Virus genome (UHGV): UHGV-0125682
Source of the DNA: a virus
Reading direction: 5' to 3' (one strand)
DNA: 64,000 nt
In this document: positions 10,142 to 20,539 of the stretch, in pieces
Numbering within the stretch: the stretch's first letter is position 1
Layout of the letters: every line of letters starts with the position of its first letter
Notes under the pieces: model-generated
Seen by the model: only the letters and a program-made list of their open reading frames with translations
Told to the model about the DNA's origin: nothing
The model's database searches: none
Translations under genes and position numbers: made by a program

Positions 10142-10848
10142 TGGAAATCTGCATTCTTGAAAAGCCATCAATGACCAGCATTGAGATCGCGGAGCTGGTG
10201 GGAAGTCGTCACTCTGATGTTAAACGCAGCATCGAAAGACTTGTTGCTAAAGGAGTTATCCAACATACGCCATTGGCTACAGTTGAGAATAATCAATCAC
10301 TTAGCCCTAATAAATACACAAAAGCCTATTTCTTCGAAGGCGAGCAAGGCAAGCGCGATAGTATTGTCGTCGTCGCGCAGCTCTCTCCCGAATTCACCGC
10401 CCGGCTGGTGGACCGCTGGCGCGAACTGGAAGAACAAGTACGCCAGCCGTTGACCGAAATAGAGATGATCGCCGCAATGGCTGCAAATGCAGTTCAGCAG
10501 CAAAAGCGGCTTCATGTTGTTGAGTCAAAGGTTAGTCAGGTGGTAGAAACCGTCGAGCAAATCAAGAAGGGCAACATGCCAGATGGTTACATTGGCTACC
10601 GCCAGCTGGCTGCGAAATGTGGACTGACCGAAGCCAAATGCCGCAACCTGGTTAATGCTTACCGGATTCCCACCGATACACATGAGTTTTTAACTCCAGA
10701 GGGGGTATTGTCGCGTCGTTCCATCGTGGCCTTATCTCCCTTCATGAATGCTTTTAACCGGATGATGTCGGAGGCTGAACACCGAGGAAAACGCTGGTAT
10801 CACCCCAAAATGGGGCAATTCCAGGTGATCGGTTGGGGAGGTGAGTGA
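10141..10848 (+). CDS. antirepressor-like protein (Rha/Ant-type)
   Basis: N-terminal MTSIEIAELVGSRHSDVKRSIERL signature; paralog of 50531..51472. Confidence 0.7.
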   Translation: MEICILEKPSMTSIEIAELVGSRHSDVKRSIERLVAKGVIQHTPLATVENNQSLSPNKYTKAYFFEGEQGKRDSIVVVAQLSPEFTARLVDRWRELEEQVRQPLTEIEMIAAMAANAVQQQKRLHVVESKVSQVVETVEQIKKGNMPDGYIGYRQLAAKCGLTEAKCRNLVNAYRIPTDTHEFLTPEGVLSRRSIVALSPFMNAFNRMMSEAEHRGKRWYHPKMGQFQVIGWGGE

Positions 10849-11045
10849 TGGACATCATGCAGGCGGTAAAAAAAATCAGGGAAGGACAGGCTGAAGTGTG
10901 CCGCCGTAAAGCATGGAGTGTTGGTGTATGGGCCTGGCCTGATAATTACTCTACTACCGGATGGTTTTGTATTAATGGACTCCAGATCCGGGAAGTTGAT
11001 TTATCGACGGCTGATATAGTCGGTAATGATTGGATCGTGACTTGA
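10845..11045 (+). CDS. small protein homologous to C-terminal domain of the second antirepressor
   Basis: VCRRKAWSVGVWAWP and DWIVT match the C-terminus of 50531..51472; ATGA overlap. Confidence 0.5.
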   Translation: MMDIMQAVKKIREGQAEVCRRKAWSVGVWAWPDNYSTTGWFCINGLQIREVDLSTADIVGNDWIVT

Positions 11046-11053
11046 AGCGTGAT

Positions 11054-11078
11054 GCCCCGGCCTGGCCGGGGCTTTTTT
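11054..11078 (+). terminator. intrinsic terminator
   Basis: gccccggcctggccggggc hairpin plus T6. Confidence 0.75.
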
Positions 11079-11563
11079 CATGCCTCATTAGTTGAGGTTG
11101 CTGCGTCTCCGACTGGTAACAGAGCGGTATTGCGTGGTTCGCCAGCAGGCCAGCGATAGCCAGACACTCTTGATGTTGGGAATGCACGAATATTAACCGC
11201 ATCCCCCTGGTTCCCACCCAGGACAAGCAGATCGCCATTGGCGCGGCGTCCGACAACGAAGCCTACGTGCCCACCGCCTACGCGGGTAAATACAACGATA
11301 CATCCGTATGCCGGTGTATCTAATTTCTCGCCCCAATCCAGATAGGATTTTGCCGACTCAAATCTTGTTGAGCGGATGCCTACACGTTCCAGCATTGCAC
11401 CGACAAATGCTGCGCACCACGGCGTTTCATCGTCTTTAATTCCGCCGCGCTTGATGTCGCGCCAGAACTGAACGATTTCAGGGTTGTGTTTAGCGCCTTT
11501 TATTTCAGTCAGGCCAATGTGCTTACGGGCTTCAATTAGCCAGCGAGGTTCAATGTTTGCCAT
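11078..11563 (-). CDS. NlpC/P60-CHAP-like peptidase family protein
   Basis: ETPWCAAFVG and GGHVGFVVG Cys/His segments typical of small phage cell-wall peptidases. Confidence 0.55.
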   Translation of the reverse strand: MANIEPRWLIEARKHIGLTEIKGAKHNPEIVQFWRDIKRGGIKDDETPWCAAFVGAMLERVGIRSTRFESAKSYLDWGEKLDTPAYGCIVVFTRVGGGHVGFVVGRRANGDLLVLGGNQGDAVNIRAFPTSRVSGYRWPAGEPRNTALLPVGDAATSTNEA

Positions 11564-11713
11564 ATTTTTCTCCCGGTCATGGGTTAATAAGTAGGCAAAC
11601 TATGGGGAGTATGTGATTTTGACGGTAGTATCGTCCCCCTGAAAATAACATTCTCCATACCCTCTCAACCGTACCGCATAGCGGAATTTTTACGGTTTAG
11701 AGGGGGAAATCCT

Positions 11714-14700
11714 TTGGACAAATTACTTCATTCAATCAGTGAAGCCTCCAGCTTAGGCGAACTGATTGAAATTGTTAGTCGGTTGCATAAATTACGTGCT
11801 GTTGCGACCTTTGGCGTCAGGAAAGCCGATGGCGTCAGTATTCAGAAAACACGCCGTGCAGCAAACAATGCCGCAGTAAATCTTCTTAATTCCCTTCCGC
11901 CCGGCTTCGATGGGGCGAAATTAACTGACGAACAACGTCAGATTCTTGCTGGGTATACCGGTGAAGGCGGCCTGACAGATGGTGAGGGCAGCCAATACGA
12001 ATACTACACGCCACAGTTTATGGCTGAAGGTATATGGGATCTGTTTGCTGACTACGGTATTGATGGCGGGCACGTACTGGAACCATCAGCGGGCACAGGT
12101 ATTTTCCAGGAGACAAAACGGCAGGGCATGATAATGACCAGCGCCGAACTGTCTCCGATTTCTGGTCGAATAAACCAGCTTTTGCACCCGGAAGACGATG
12201 TGAATATCGGGGCGTTTGAGGCGCTGGCGGCGAAAGATGCAATGTATGACCACGCTGTTGGTAACGTACCGTTTGGTGAAGGGCGTTCCGGCGTTGCCGG
12301 GCTTGATCCGGCATATGCAAACGAGAAGAACGTTGGCAATTACTTTGTGCTGCGCACGATCGACAAGGTTAAGCCAGGTGGGCTTATCGTATTGGTGGTG
12401 CCGAATGGCATGACCGATGGTACGAAATATAAAAAATTGCGCGATAAAGTCAGCCGTAAAGCGGAATTTTTGGGCGCACATCGTATGCCTTCCGGTACGT
12501 TCAGCGAATCTGGAACAGATACCGTGGTGGACGTATGGGTATTGCGTAAACACCCGGAAACCTTCCTGGAGATGATCCCCGACACGGATGATGCAACGCT
12601 CAAATCGGCAAACGTCCTTTGGGATACCTTCCTCAAAGGGAAATGGTTTACAACCGATGGGAAGCGATTTGTTTACGGCGACATGGAACGTACCAGCTTC
12701 CGCAATACCCTGGTGGTGAAAAAAGACGGTCGTGTATCCAATGAGTCGATGAAAACCGCGCTATCTCGTCGCTTTGATAGTCGCATCAATTGGGATTTGC
12801 TCGGCGTAACTACTCAGGCATGGCAGGGCGCGAAAGTGGGCGATAAACGCCTTGTAGGCGGTATCTGGCATGAGTTTGATGGTCTGAAATGGGTTAAGGA
12901 CACGACAACCAAATCCTCCGCGCTTGATGTAAGTCGATATGGTGTTTCGACGTTTGGCGATCTGCAGATCGCGTTCCAGTCAACAAACGGGATTCTGGCT
13001 TTGTCATGGGACCAGATATCGGCGATCGCGTCCGACTATCCATCGGTTGTCAGTGATGAAGTGGCAGCAATGATTCGCTTTGCTGGCAAACAGCGAGAAA
13101 AAGACAGGGAGCGCGTTATGCGCGGTGCGTTGATAGGGCAGTTGATCAACAAGGCACTTGATTTGCGTAACCTGGGGGTGAACGTTGATGACAAACTGGC
13201 AGATGCATCCCGCCTGGCGGCAGCAGAAGTTGCGAAGTATGGACCACCGCACGCGATTAAGCTGAATGGGCTTGCTGAAGCTGGCGCTAAAAACTGGATG
13301 ACGTTCACTGGCAATGTGAAACAGGATGGTTCCACTTCTGACCTTCTGGCAGGGCGACTTGATGTAACGGATGGTGCTGCCGGTATTGACTTTACGCGTC
13401 CTGAACAAGTGATAGCACATCTTTTTAGTGATGTAGCCCTTAATCCTATAACGCTGGGCGACTTTCGTGAGGCGTTTGCTGGTGAACTGCCAGAGGACGA
13501 CGACGCGGTCCTTGAATACCTGGCGAAATTTGATGATATCGCTATTGATGGGTATGGCTGTCTGCTGCCGATGGACCGCGCCACCAGCGGCGATGTTGCA
13601 ACCAAAACAGCACTGCTGGTGGGCTGGCGTGATGCGTCAACAGGTGAGCAGAAAGCGAACTTTGAGCGTCAGTTGGCGAAAATCGAAGAGAAACGCATTT
13701 TCACGCCACTAAATAAAGTCACCGTTAATCTGAATGCCCGCTGGCTGGATCGCCGCTTGATAAAAGAGTTCCTGGCAGAGCAGGGCTATGACGAGTTTAA
13801 GTACACTGAACCTGATCTGAAGGTCGTCGATGGCATTCTGGTATCTCCGGACGATTACGAAGGTAAGGACGGGGTATTTACCGGCTATCAGCTACGAACC
13901 GTAAACGGCAAAAACGGGAATGAGTTCAAGAAGGCCAACAATAAAGACGGCTTCCTGAACCAGTTAGAAAACTACCTGAACGGTGTTAAACCGCGTGGGC
14001 AGAACGCTAACGAGTACCTGGATAAAATTGCTCAACTGGAAGTTAGTTTTAACGACTGGTTACGCACTCACCCGCAGGCTGATCAGATAGCCCGCGAGTA
14101 TAACGACGCATTCAATGGTTTCATTCCGTTCACGCATTCTGACGCACCGCTTGGCCTGGAAGGGCTTAGTGGAAAGCGCATTCCTCTTACTTATCAGAAT
14201 GAAGAAGTTCGGCGCTTGTCAGAAGATGGGCGCGGCATCATGGGATTTGGTACCGGGCTGGGTAAAACCACGACCGCGCTTGCGCTTGAGGCGTATAACT
14301 TCGAAACAGGTCGCACTAAACGCACGTGTATTGTTGTTCCGAAGGCGGTTTATCAGAACTGGTATCACGAGGCACAGAGTTTCTACAGTGCTGATGCCTT
14401 CGCCAATATGATGTTTATCGGTTTGGATGAAGTTCGTGATGACAGCGGAAATATTCTGACCGCGCCGGTGCTTGATGAAAATGGCGAACCACGCCTCGAC
14501 AGTAACGGGCAGCCTCTTACCAGAAATGTTGTGAAAGAGTCCGCCAGCGCCGTTATCGTTCAGCGTATGAACATGATCCCGTCGTCAAATTGGCGAACGG
14601 TCATCATGACAAAAGAACAATTCGCGTCTATCCCGCTACGAGAAAAAACCATCGAGGAGAACTCACAGCAAGCTGTCTTTAATGCTGTGGAAATGGGGCG

Positions 14701-17700
14701 TCTTGACCTGGCGTCCGGTAAACACCGTGATGCGCAGAAGAAGAACAAGATTAAGGATCAGGCCGCGAATACCGGTACAACGAAGAAGCAGAATATCCCG
14801 TACTTTGAGGATATGAACTTCGATAGCGTGATTGCCGACGAGGGGCATAATTACCGCAACTCCTTTAATGCCGGGCGTGAAGCGGGACAACTGGCATATT
14901 TGCCTAACCCGGCAGTATCCAAGATGGCCCGCGACATGGCTGTAAAAGCTGCGTACATGATGAAACGCAACAACGGGCGTGGTGTAGTCATGCTGACGGC
15001 AACTCCGCTGGTGAACAGTCCGATTGATGCCTTCAACATGCTGTCTACTGTCATTCCGCAGGAAGAGTGGATGCGCATGGGTATTGTTACGCCGGATGAT
15101 TTCGTTCGCGTGTTCGGCAAAACAGCCACAGTTCAGGTTCAGAAAATTTCCGGTGAGGTGGAAGAGAAGCAGGGGCTGGTGGGCTTCCAGAACCTTGATG
15201 GTCTGCGTGGTATTTTCCACCGTTGGACCACTCTGAAGACTGCCGCAGATGTCGGAGCGACGGTTAAAATTCCCGATATCATCGAGAACACCTTGCAGAT
15301 CCCGATGACAGGGGAGCAGGAGGCTGCTTATGAAGAGCTTCGTAAGCGTGCTCAGGAGTTAAGTCGCAATGATGAGCTGACAGTCGATGAAAACGGGCAT
15401 ATCACTAACGACAAACCGGATGATTTCATCTTCTCCATCATCCGCGACATGGATAAGGTTGCTATAGATCCGGATCTGTATGCCAGTGCGATTACATTCC
15501 AGTTCCCCGTTGAGCTTGCAGACAAGGTAAAAGCTATTGCTGATGCCCTGCCAAAAGTCGCAGGCGGTAAAGTGGCAGATGATGCAGACGAGGCCGAAGA
15601 AGACGGCGCTGGTGGACTGGTCAGTACGCGTACCAGCAAGGTAGTGAAGACCACCTTTAGTGAACATCCGGCGCATGTTGAAATACGCGCCAGCATTGAA
15701 CTGGAAGCTGAAATACTGAAGGCCATTGCTGCCGCCGGGATTGATCTGCAGCAGGTATCACACCCCATCCCACCGAAGTATGCCGCGCTGATCGAAAACC
15801 TTCGTGAAGGTCTGAAGAACGGTAAACAAATTGTCTTCATTGATGAAAAAGCCCAGCACCAGAAGCTGCGCCGTATTATCGCCAGTGCACTGCAAATGCC
15901 GGAGCAGGAGATAGGCATTATCAATGCGACGACCGTTAGCCAAGCTGGCGGCATCAAGCTGAAGAAGGTGAATAAACCGACTGAACCTACTCCGAATAAA
16001 AACGGTGAATACAAAGAAGGGGCATGGGAAACCTACTACAGCAAACTTGCCCAATATGAGGATTATCTCTCAGCTAAAAATGATGCTGGCCTTGAGGGCA
16101 TGGAAGGTATTGCCGCCGACTATAACGAAGGTCGCACGCGCATCATAATCTGTAACAAGAAGGCTGAAGTAGGTATTAACCTGCACATCGGGACAACCGA
16201 TATCCACCACCTGACACTACCCTGGACACCAGCCAGTATCGACCAACGAAATGGGCGCGGTGCGCGCGTAGGGTCACCGCAAGAGAAGGTCAATGTTCAC
16301 TACTATTGTGGCAAAGGCACATTCGATGACTTCCGTCTGGATACGCTTAAACGTAAGAAAGACTGGATCAAGATGGTGATGACCTCCGACATGTCAGAGA
16401 TCGCCAATGGTGATGCGGATGATGCTGATGAACGCGCCATTATGCTGGCGGCAAACCCGGAAGAACGCCGCGCAATCATGGCTCGCCAGGCGCAAGAGCG
16501 TGAAGAACGTCTGAAACTGAAAGCACAGCGCGAGGCCAACAATGCTCTCGATATCTACCTGAAAGCGGCAAACGCCGCCGGAAAAGATATCGGCATGATG
16601 GAGACAGAACTGAAAAGCGCGATGGAACAGATAGAGTATTACCAGCGAAATCTTGACGACCTGATAAAAGCGGGTACGAACAGGAATGGGCAAAAATACG
16701 CGCTTGAGCAGTTGAGTAGCTACAGAAAACGTGCGCGGGTGCTGCGGTTTGCGATCACCAGGGCAAAAGACGCGGATACCATAATGAAACGCTCTCGTGG
16801 TGATGTGGAGCGCGCTATTAAGTCTGGTGTGCTGGATATCAGTATCGATGTTATTCAGAACCCACAGGAATATATGCGCACTGACAAGAATATCCTGTTG
16901 CATAAAGGTAGTTATTACCGTGCAGTCATTGATGATCGCGAAACAACAGCGATTGTCCGGGTGGAAAAAATTGACGGTGAAAAAGCACAATACCTCTGCC
17001 GTATCGCCTGGCTGGATAGAGCAAGTCGTTACGCTCGAGCACCGGGGTCAATCGTTACATTGCCGTTTGACTCTGTGATTGAAGCGGTAACTTTTGAAGA
17101 GGGGGTAGCTGAATCGCGCGCAACGGCTGCGCGAGGTGTTCAGTGCCACCAGCTATCAACAATACTTACTCGCGATCAGTTCTATGATGCTATTCGCAAT
17201 GGGGTAATGAATGTTATTGCTGGTAAACCTGGTAATGCATGGGGCGGTGGGTCAGCTATTAAATACTGGGCATATCGCACAGATGATGGTCAGATCGCGC
17301 TGTCATCGGCCTATGATGGCGTGATAGGCCAAAAAATCGGGCGAGCATCGGATATAGCACCTGAGCGATGGATATATCCTGATGGCAACGACGAGGCGCT
17401 GAAGCGTGAAGTGGCAAAAATACAAGCCAGTGATAACCCGCTGAATATCGTGGACGGCGAGGGATTCCTCCAGGCATTGTATGGGTATGATTACACCCAG
17501 GGAATGCAGGCATGGGGCGCACAGGCAACGATGGATGATGTTGCCCATGAGTTCGAAAACTGGATGGCTGGGCGTGGTCTGTCAGGTCGTTCGCTTAATA
17601 AAGTCACTTCTGAAGATATTCTTAGCTTGTTCCGCAAACCGTCCGGAGAAGGTCTGGAATCATTCTGGAGGACCGTGCTGGCATACCGTTTATTCCAGGG

Positions 17701-18550
17701 CAGGATGAAAGCCTTTAGCAATATCGATGATATTGAACGGATGTTTAATCAGGTCAAGATCGCGAAAATTAAGGCGAAGATCGAAAAAACACGTTCTGCG
17801 CTGGTGGCCTGGCGCGATGCATTGTTTGAGCAATATAAATCACTCAGTGATGCAGATGGATGGGCGGCATTGGAACAGCTGGCGAATAATGGGGTAGATG
17901 GAGCGAAACTCGCCATTGTTCAGGCTGATAACCCCCTGGAATCACCGGCAGCACAGTGGATTAAGGTGGGGGCTGTCATCAATGCATTTGATGAAAAACA
18001 CATTAGTAAGGACGATTTTGCTGATGCTGTTTCTGTTAATCGCCTGGTAGAAATGGCTACCCGCCGCGCCCGTGAGTTGAAAGACGGCGACTATGTGAAT
18101 GAGTTGCCGGATACGCTCAAATCGGCAACGTGGCAGGACTATGTATCGCTGAAAAACGGCGGGGCCACTGAATCAGAGATCGCGGAAAGGCTTGAGCAGG
18201 CTGAAAGCAAAAGAGAAGAGCAGGCGGCAGTGGCTGAAGCCAGAGCTGATGAAGCGGCGAATGATGACTATATCATTGTGGTTAATGATAAGCCGATTCG
18301 CGCTAAGGCGCGTGTTCGCGGGCGCTGGTGGAGCGTCAGCGAGGACGTTGGCGCGGTTTATCTCATTGCCGACCAACCAGGTTCCTCGACAATACGGAAC
18401 GCCAAAGACGCGATTAAGAAGATTGGCGGACGTTTCTGGAATTTTGAAGCAAACCCGGTTGCTGATGTGAACTTTGACCGTCCTGCATGGATGGTATCTA
18501 CGCGTTACTCGGTAGATGAACTGCGTAAAATAATCGCCGATGCGGCCTAA
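11714..18550 (+). CDS. darB: DarB-like antirestriction protein: N6-adenine methyltransferase fused to DExH helicase
   Basis: 2278 aa; AdoMet motif EPSAGTGIF, NVPF catalytic motif, Walker A GFGTGLGKTT around aa 842, DEGH motif around aa 1040. Confidence 0.8.
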   Translation: MDKLLHSISEASSLGELIEIVSRLHKLRAVATFGVRKADGVSIQKTRRAANNAAVNLLNSLPPGFDGAKLTDEQRQILAGYTGEGGLTDGEGSQYEYYTPQFMAEGIWDLFADYGIDGGHVLEPSAGTGIFQETKRQGMIMTSAELSPISGRINQLLHPEDDVNIGAFEALAAKDAMYDHAVGNVPFGEGRSGVAGLDPAYANEKNVGNYFVLRTIDKVKPGGLIVLVVPNGMTDGTKYKKLRDKVSRKAEFLGAHRMPSGTFSESGTDTVVDVWVLRKHPETFLEMIPDTDDATLKSANVLWDTFLKGKWFTTDGKRFVYGDMERTSFRNTLVVKKDGRVSNESMKTALSRRFDSRINWDLLGVTTQAWQGAKVGDKRLVGGIWHEFDGLKWVKDTTTKSSALDVSRYGVSTFGDLQIAFQSTNGILALSWDQISAIASDYPSVVSDEVAAMIRFAGKQREKDRERVMRGALIGQLINKALDLRNLGVNVDDKLADASRLAAAEVAKYGPPHAIKLNGLAEAGAKNWMTFTGNVKQDGSTSDLLAGRLDVTDGAAGIDFTRPEQVIAHLFSDVALNPITLGDFREAFAGELPEDDDAVLEYLAKFDDIAIDGYGCLLPMDRATSGDVATKTALLVGWRDASTGEQKANFERQLAKIEEKRIFTPLNKVTVNLNARWLDRRLIKEFLAEQGYDEFKYTEPDLKVVDGILVSPDDYEGKDGVFTGYQLRTVNGKNGNEFKKANNKDGFLNQLENYLNGVKPRGQNANEYLDKIAQLEVSFNDWLRTHPQADQIAREYNDAFNGFIPFTHSDAPLGLEGLSGKRIPLTYQNEEVRRLSEDGRGIMGFGTGLGKTTTALALEAYNFETGRTKRTCIVVPKAVYQNWYHEAQSFYSADAFANMMFIGLDEVRDDSGNILTAPVLDENGEPRLDSNGQPLTRNVVKESASAVIVQRMNMIPSSNWRTVIMTKEQFASIPLREKTIEENSQQAVFNAVEMGRLDLASGKHRDAQKKNKIKDQAANTGTTKKQNIPYFEDMNFDSVIADEGHNYRNSFNAGREAGQLAYLPNPAVSKMARDMAVKAAYMMKRNNGRGVVMLTATPLVNSPIDAFNMLSTVIPQEEWMRMGIVTPDDFVRVFGKTATVQVQKISGEVEEKQGLVGFQNLDGLRGIFHRWTTLKTAADVGATVKIPDIIENTLQIPMTGEQEAAYEELRKRAQELSRNDELTVDENGHITNDKPDDFIFSIIRDMDKVAIDPDLYASAITFQFPVELADKVKAIADALPKVAGGKVADDADEAEEDGAGGLVSTRTSKVVKTTFSEHPAHVEIRASIELEAEILKAIAAAGIDLQQVSHPIPPKYAALIENLREGLKNGKQIVFIDEKAQHQKLRRIIASALQMPEQEIGIINATTVSQAGGIKLKKVNKPTEPTPNKNGEYKEGAWETYYSKLAQYEDYLSAKNDAGLEGMEGIAADYNEGRTRIIICNKKAEVGINLHIGTTDIHHLTLPWTPASIDQRNGRGARVGSPQEKVNVHYYCGKGTFDDFRLDTLKRKKDWIKMVMTSDMSEIANGDADDADERAIMLAANPEERRAIMARQAQEREERLKLKAQREANNALDIYLKAANAAGKDIGMMETELKSAMEQIEYYQRNLDDLIKAGTNRNGQKYALEQLSSYRKRARVLRFAITRAKDADTIMKRSRGDVERAIKSGVLDISIDVIQNPQEYMRTDKNILLHKGSYYRAVIDDRETTAIVRVEKIDGEKAQYLCRIAWLDRASRYARAPGSIVTLPFDSVIEAVTFEEGVAESRATAARGVQCHQLSTILTRDQFYDAIRNGVMNVIAGKPGNAWGGGSAIKYWAYRTDDGQIALSSAYDGVIGQKIGRASDIAPERWIYPDGNDEALKREVAKIQASDNPLNIVDGEGFLQALYGYDYTQGMQAWGAQATMDDVAHEFENWMAGRGLSGRSLNKVTSEDILSLFRKPSGEGLESFWRTVLAYRLFQGRMKAFSNIDDIERMFNQVKIAKIKAKIEKTRSALVAWRDALFEQYKSLSDADGWAALEQLANNGVDGAKLAIVQADNPLESPAAQWIKVGAVINAFDEKHISKDDFADAVSVNRLVEMATRRARELKDGDYVNELPDTLKSATWQDYVSLKNGGATESEIAERLEQAESKREEQAAVAEARADEAANDDYIIVVNDKPIRAKARVRGRWWSVSEDVGAVYLIADQPGSSTIRNAKDAIKKIGGRFWNFEANPVADVNFDRPAWMVSTRYSVDELRKIIADAA

Positions 18551-18586
18551 CAGATAAGGAGCGGCCCCAACTGGGGCCGAATTTGA

Positions 18587-19021
18587 ATGACGACATTAAT
18601 TGACACTGTAAAACCGACGGAATCCTACCTTGAGGACATTTTGCCGCAGGCGCTCAATGGCAGGAGTGAAGAGGCGTTTCTGGATGCATATCTGAATGGC
18701 ATGGTGGAAAGGCTGAAACGAGATCCACAGCTTTATCACCTTTATGGGCCGTGGTGGCCTGCGCTTAAAACGTTATTGCTGGAGCGCGGCGACATATCAT
18801 TTGGACAAGTTGTAGATAGTGATGTGGCAGAGATCTACAAAATGAGTCGCCCGGCGCTTACGGTTTTGGCTGGGCATCTGTATTCGAGCGATCGCCTGGA
18901 AAATGACGCGGTATACAATCCTGTTCATGCTCTGGAAGTCGCACCTTATGCCGATGATACAGAGCCATACGTGTACACAAGTTACGACGAGTCTATAGAG
19001 AAATATCGAATTATGGGGTAG
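18587..19021 (+). CDS. hypothetical protein
   Basis: ORF following darB-like gene. Confidence 0.5.
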   Translation: MTTLIDTVKPTESYLEDILPQALNGRSEEAFLDAYLNGMVERLKRDPQLYHLYGPWWPALKTLLLERGDISFGQVVDSDVAEIYKMSRPALTVLAGHLYSSDRLENDAVYNPVHALEVAPYADDTEPYVYTSYDESIEKYRIMG

Positions 19022-19023
19022 CC

Positions 19024-19284
19024 ATGCGAAAGAATCGTAGGTTTACGGTCGAAGACCTAAAGGAATATTCCATATCGAAGGGGTATATCCTTGAGTTCCA
19101 CCGATACAAGAAGGTTTTTACGCTGCGAAAAGCAGAAAACCCTGCGAACTGGAGCTGGATATACTTTCCTCACACCGATGATAAGTTGGTAGAACTTGTT
19201 GATGATTTAACCTATGAAGGTTGGTTGATCGCAATCGACAAGACAATCAAAGAATTATCCGAACAGGATAAAATAACCCTTTAA
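19024..19284 (+). CDS. hypothetical protein
   Basis: ORF, 2-nt gap from upstream gene. Confidence 0.5.
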   Translation: MRKNRRFTVEDLKEYSISKGYILEFHRYKKVFTLRKAENPANWSWIYFPHTDDKLVELVDDLTYEGWLIAIDKTIKELSEQDKITL

Positions 19285-19420
19285 AAATAACAGGTTGGGT
19301 AAATGCCATGCGATTTACCCTCCTTGTTGATTAAGGTCACTCTTTACTCTAAAAGCAAATCCGACCTGTTGCATATAGACCATCCTTGAGTAGTATCTCT
19401 CTTGTTTTACAAATCTAACG

Positions 19421-19915
19421 TTGTTGTTATTATTTCGCATATTTACTATCAATGGGTGTGTTAGAAAAATAGCGCGAAAGAGAAGGCGTCGCAGTGAATA
19501 TTCTGAAACATCCCCACATGCCGCAGCTCTTAGAGAACTGGAGAAAAACCCAGATCTAATCAAAAGGAACCATGAGCATTACGAGCAGGTTCGCGTCCTG
19601 GACTGGATGTATCGCAATATGCGTTATGTGTATGAGCATACTCACGCCACTCCAAACGGTGGCCTGCGAGGCATAAGGACGGCAATAAAAATGGTGGCAG
19701 AGGGCCAAAAGAAGGGATATCCCGATCTTTCTATAGACCTTGCTTGTGGGGGATACCACGGAATGCGCATTGAGATGAAACATGGGAGAAATCGCCTGAC
19801 TCCCGAACAACTCGTCTGGATGACTCGCCTCACAGAAGCCGGTTACTACTGCTTTGAGGCGCGCAGTGCCGCTGAAGCCATAAAAGCTATCACGGAGTAT
19901 GTTTGTCTTGATTAA
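19421..19915 (+). CDS. VRR-NUC domain nuclease (start uncertain)
   Basis: PNGG, GYPDL and GGYHGMRIEMK segments characteristic of VRR-NUC. Confidence 0.6.
   Translation: MLLLFRIFTINGCVRKIARKRRRRSEYSETSPHAAALRELEKNPDLIKRNHEHYEQVRVLDWMYRNMRYVYEHTHATPNGGLRGIRTAIKMVAEGQKKGYPDLSIDLACGGYHGMRIEMKHGRNRLTPEQLVWMTRLTEAGYYCFEARSAAEAIKAITEYVCLD
19456..19470 (-). promoter_or_regulatory. operator-like repeat
   Basis: gtgtgttagaaaaat. Confidence 0.5.
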
Positions 19916-19929
19916 ACGGAGAAATCGTT

Positions 19930-20130
19930 TTGCGGTTACTTAACGTGGCAGAACTTATCCCTGCAGGAACTAATGCTATCGCTCGTCGTCGCTCATGGCA
20001 GCAGGCTCTATGTATTGAGATCTCGAAACGTATCAATGGAAGTTTTGAAGCTCGCAATATTGTTACTGGCGATAAGGTTCACATAACCCCGGAAAGTGCA
20101 AGCGCTGATGATTGGGAGTTTGTACATTGA
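19930..20130 (+). CDS. hypothetical protein
   Basis: ORF. Confidence 0.4.
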   Translation: MRLLNVAELIPAGTNAIARRRSWQQALCIEISKRINGSFEARNIVTGDKVHITPESASADDWEFVH

Positions 20131-20426
20131 GCAAAAAATATTATGTGAGTCTGGCGTTCGCTGACGATGCGGGGAGGACGCGGAGTATCACGTTGAGCAC
20201 ACCGGTTAAGGCTGTGACAGCGCCGTTAATCCGTGAAGCTCTCAGAGAGCTGGAATTGGGTGAAAACTCGGCACTGTTGTCGGTTAGTTGGTTAGGGAAA
20301 ATGTCAGAGAAACAATACGTGGATGGAGTTACCCCAATAACAGTAATGAGGCTACTTTCATTGCTGCAATGGGCCATCGTACCTGTATTTATCGCGTATC
20401 TTATTTATCAGGCTGCAACACAGTAA
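20112..20426 (+). CDS. hypothetical protein with C-terminal hydrophobic helix
   Basis: ORF; followed by terminator. Confidence 0.45.
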   Translation: MGVCTLSKKYYVSLAFADDAGRTRSITLSTPVKAVTAPLIREALRELELGENSALLSVSWLGKMSEKQYVDGVTPITVMRLLSLLQWAIVPVFIAYLIYQAATQ

Positions 20427-20434
20427 TTGCATAA

Positions 20435-20460
20435 AAACCCGCCAATTAGCGGGTTTTTTG
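20435..20460. terminator. intrinsic terminator
   Basis: acccgccaattagcgggt hairpin flanked by A and T runs. Confidence 0.7.
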
Positions 20461-20500
20461 TTTATTGCATCTTCCGATACCGTCATCAAACTAATAAAAT

Positions 20501-20518
20501 ATGTTAGAAAACTAATTT
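20501..20518 (-). promoter_or_regulatory. operator-like repeat
   Basis: atgttagaaaactaattt upstream of 20540 gene. Confidence 0.55.
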
Positions 20519-20539
20519 AACAAAGTAACGGGAACAGCA

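Noticed and set aside
12018-16990. Multiple 90-220-aa minus-strand ORFs inside the darB-like gene
   Set aside because: All are embedded antisense in a single 2278-aa ORF with clear motifs; no independent start signals.
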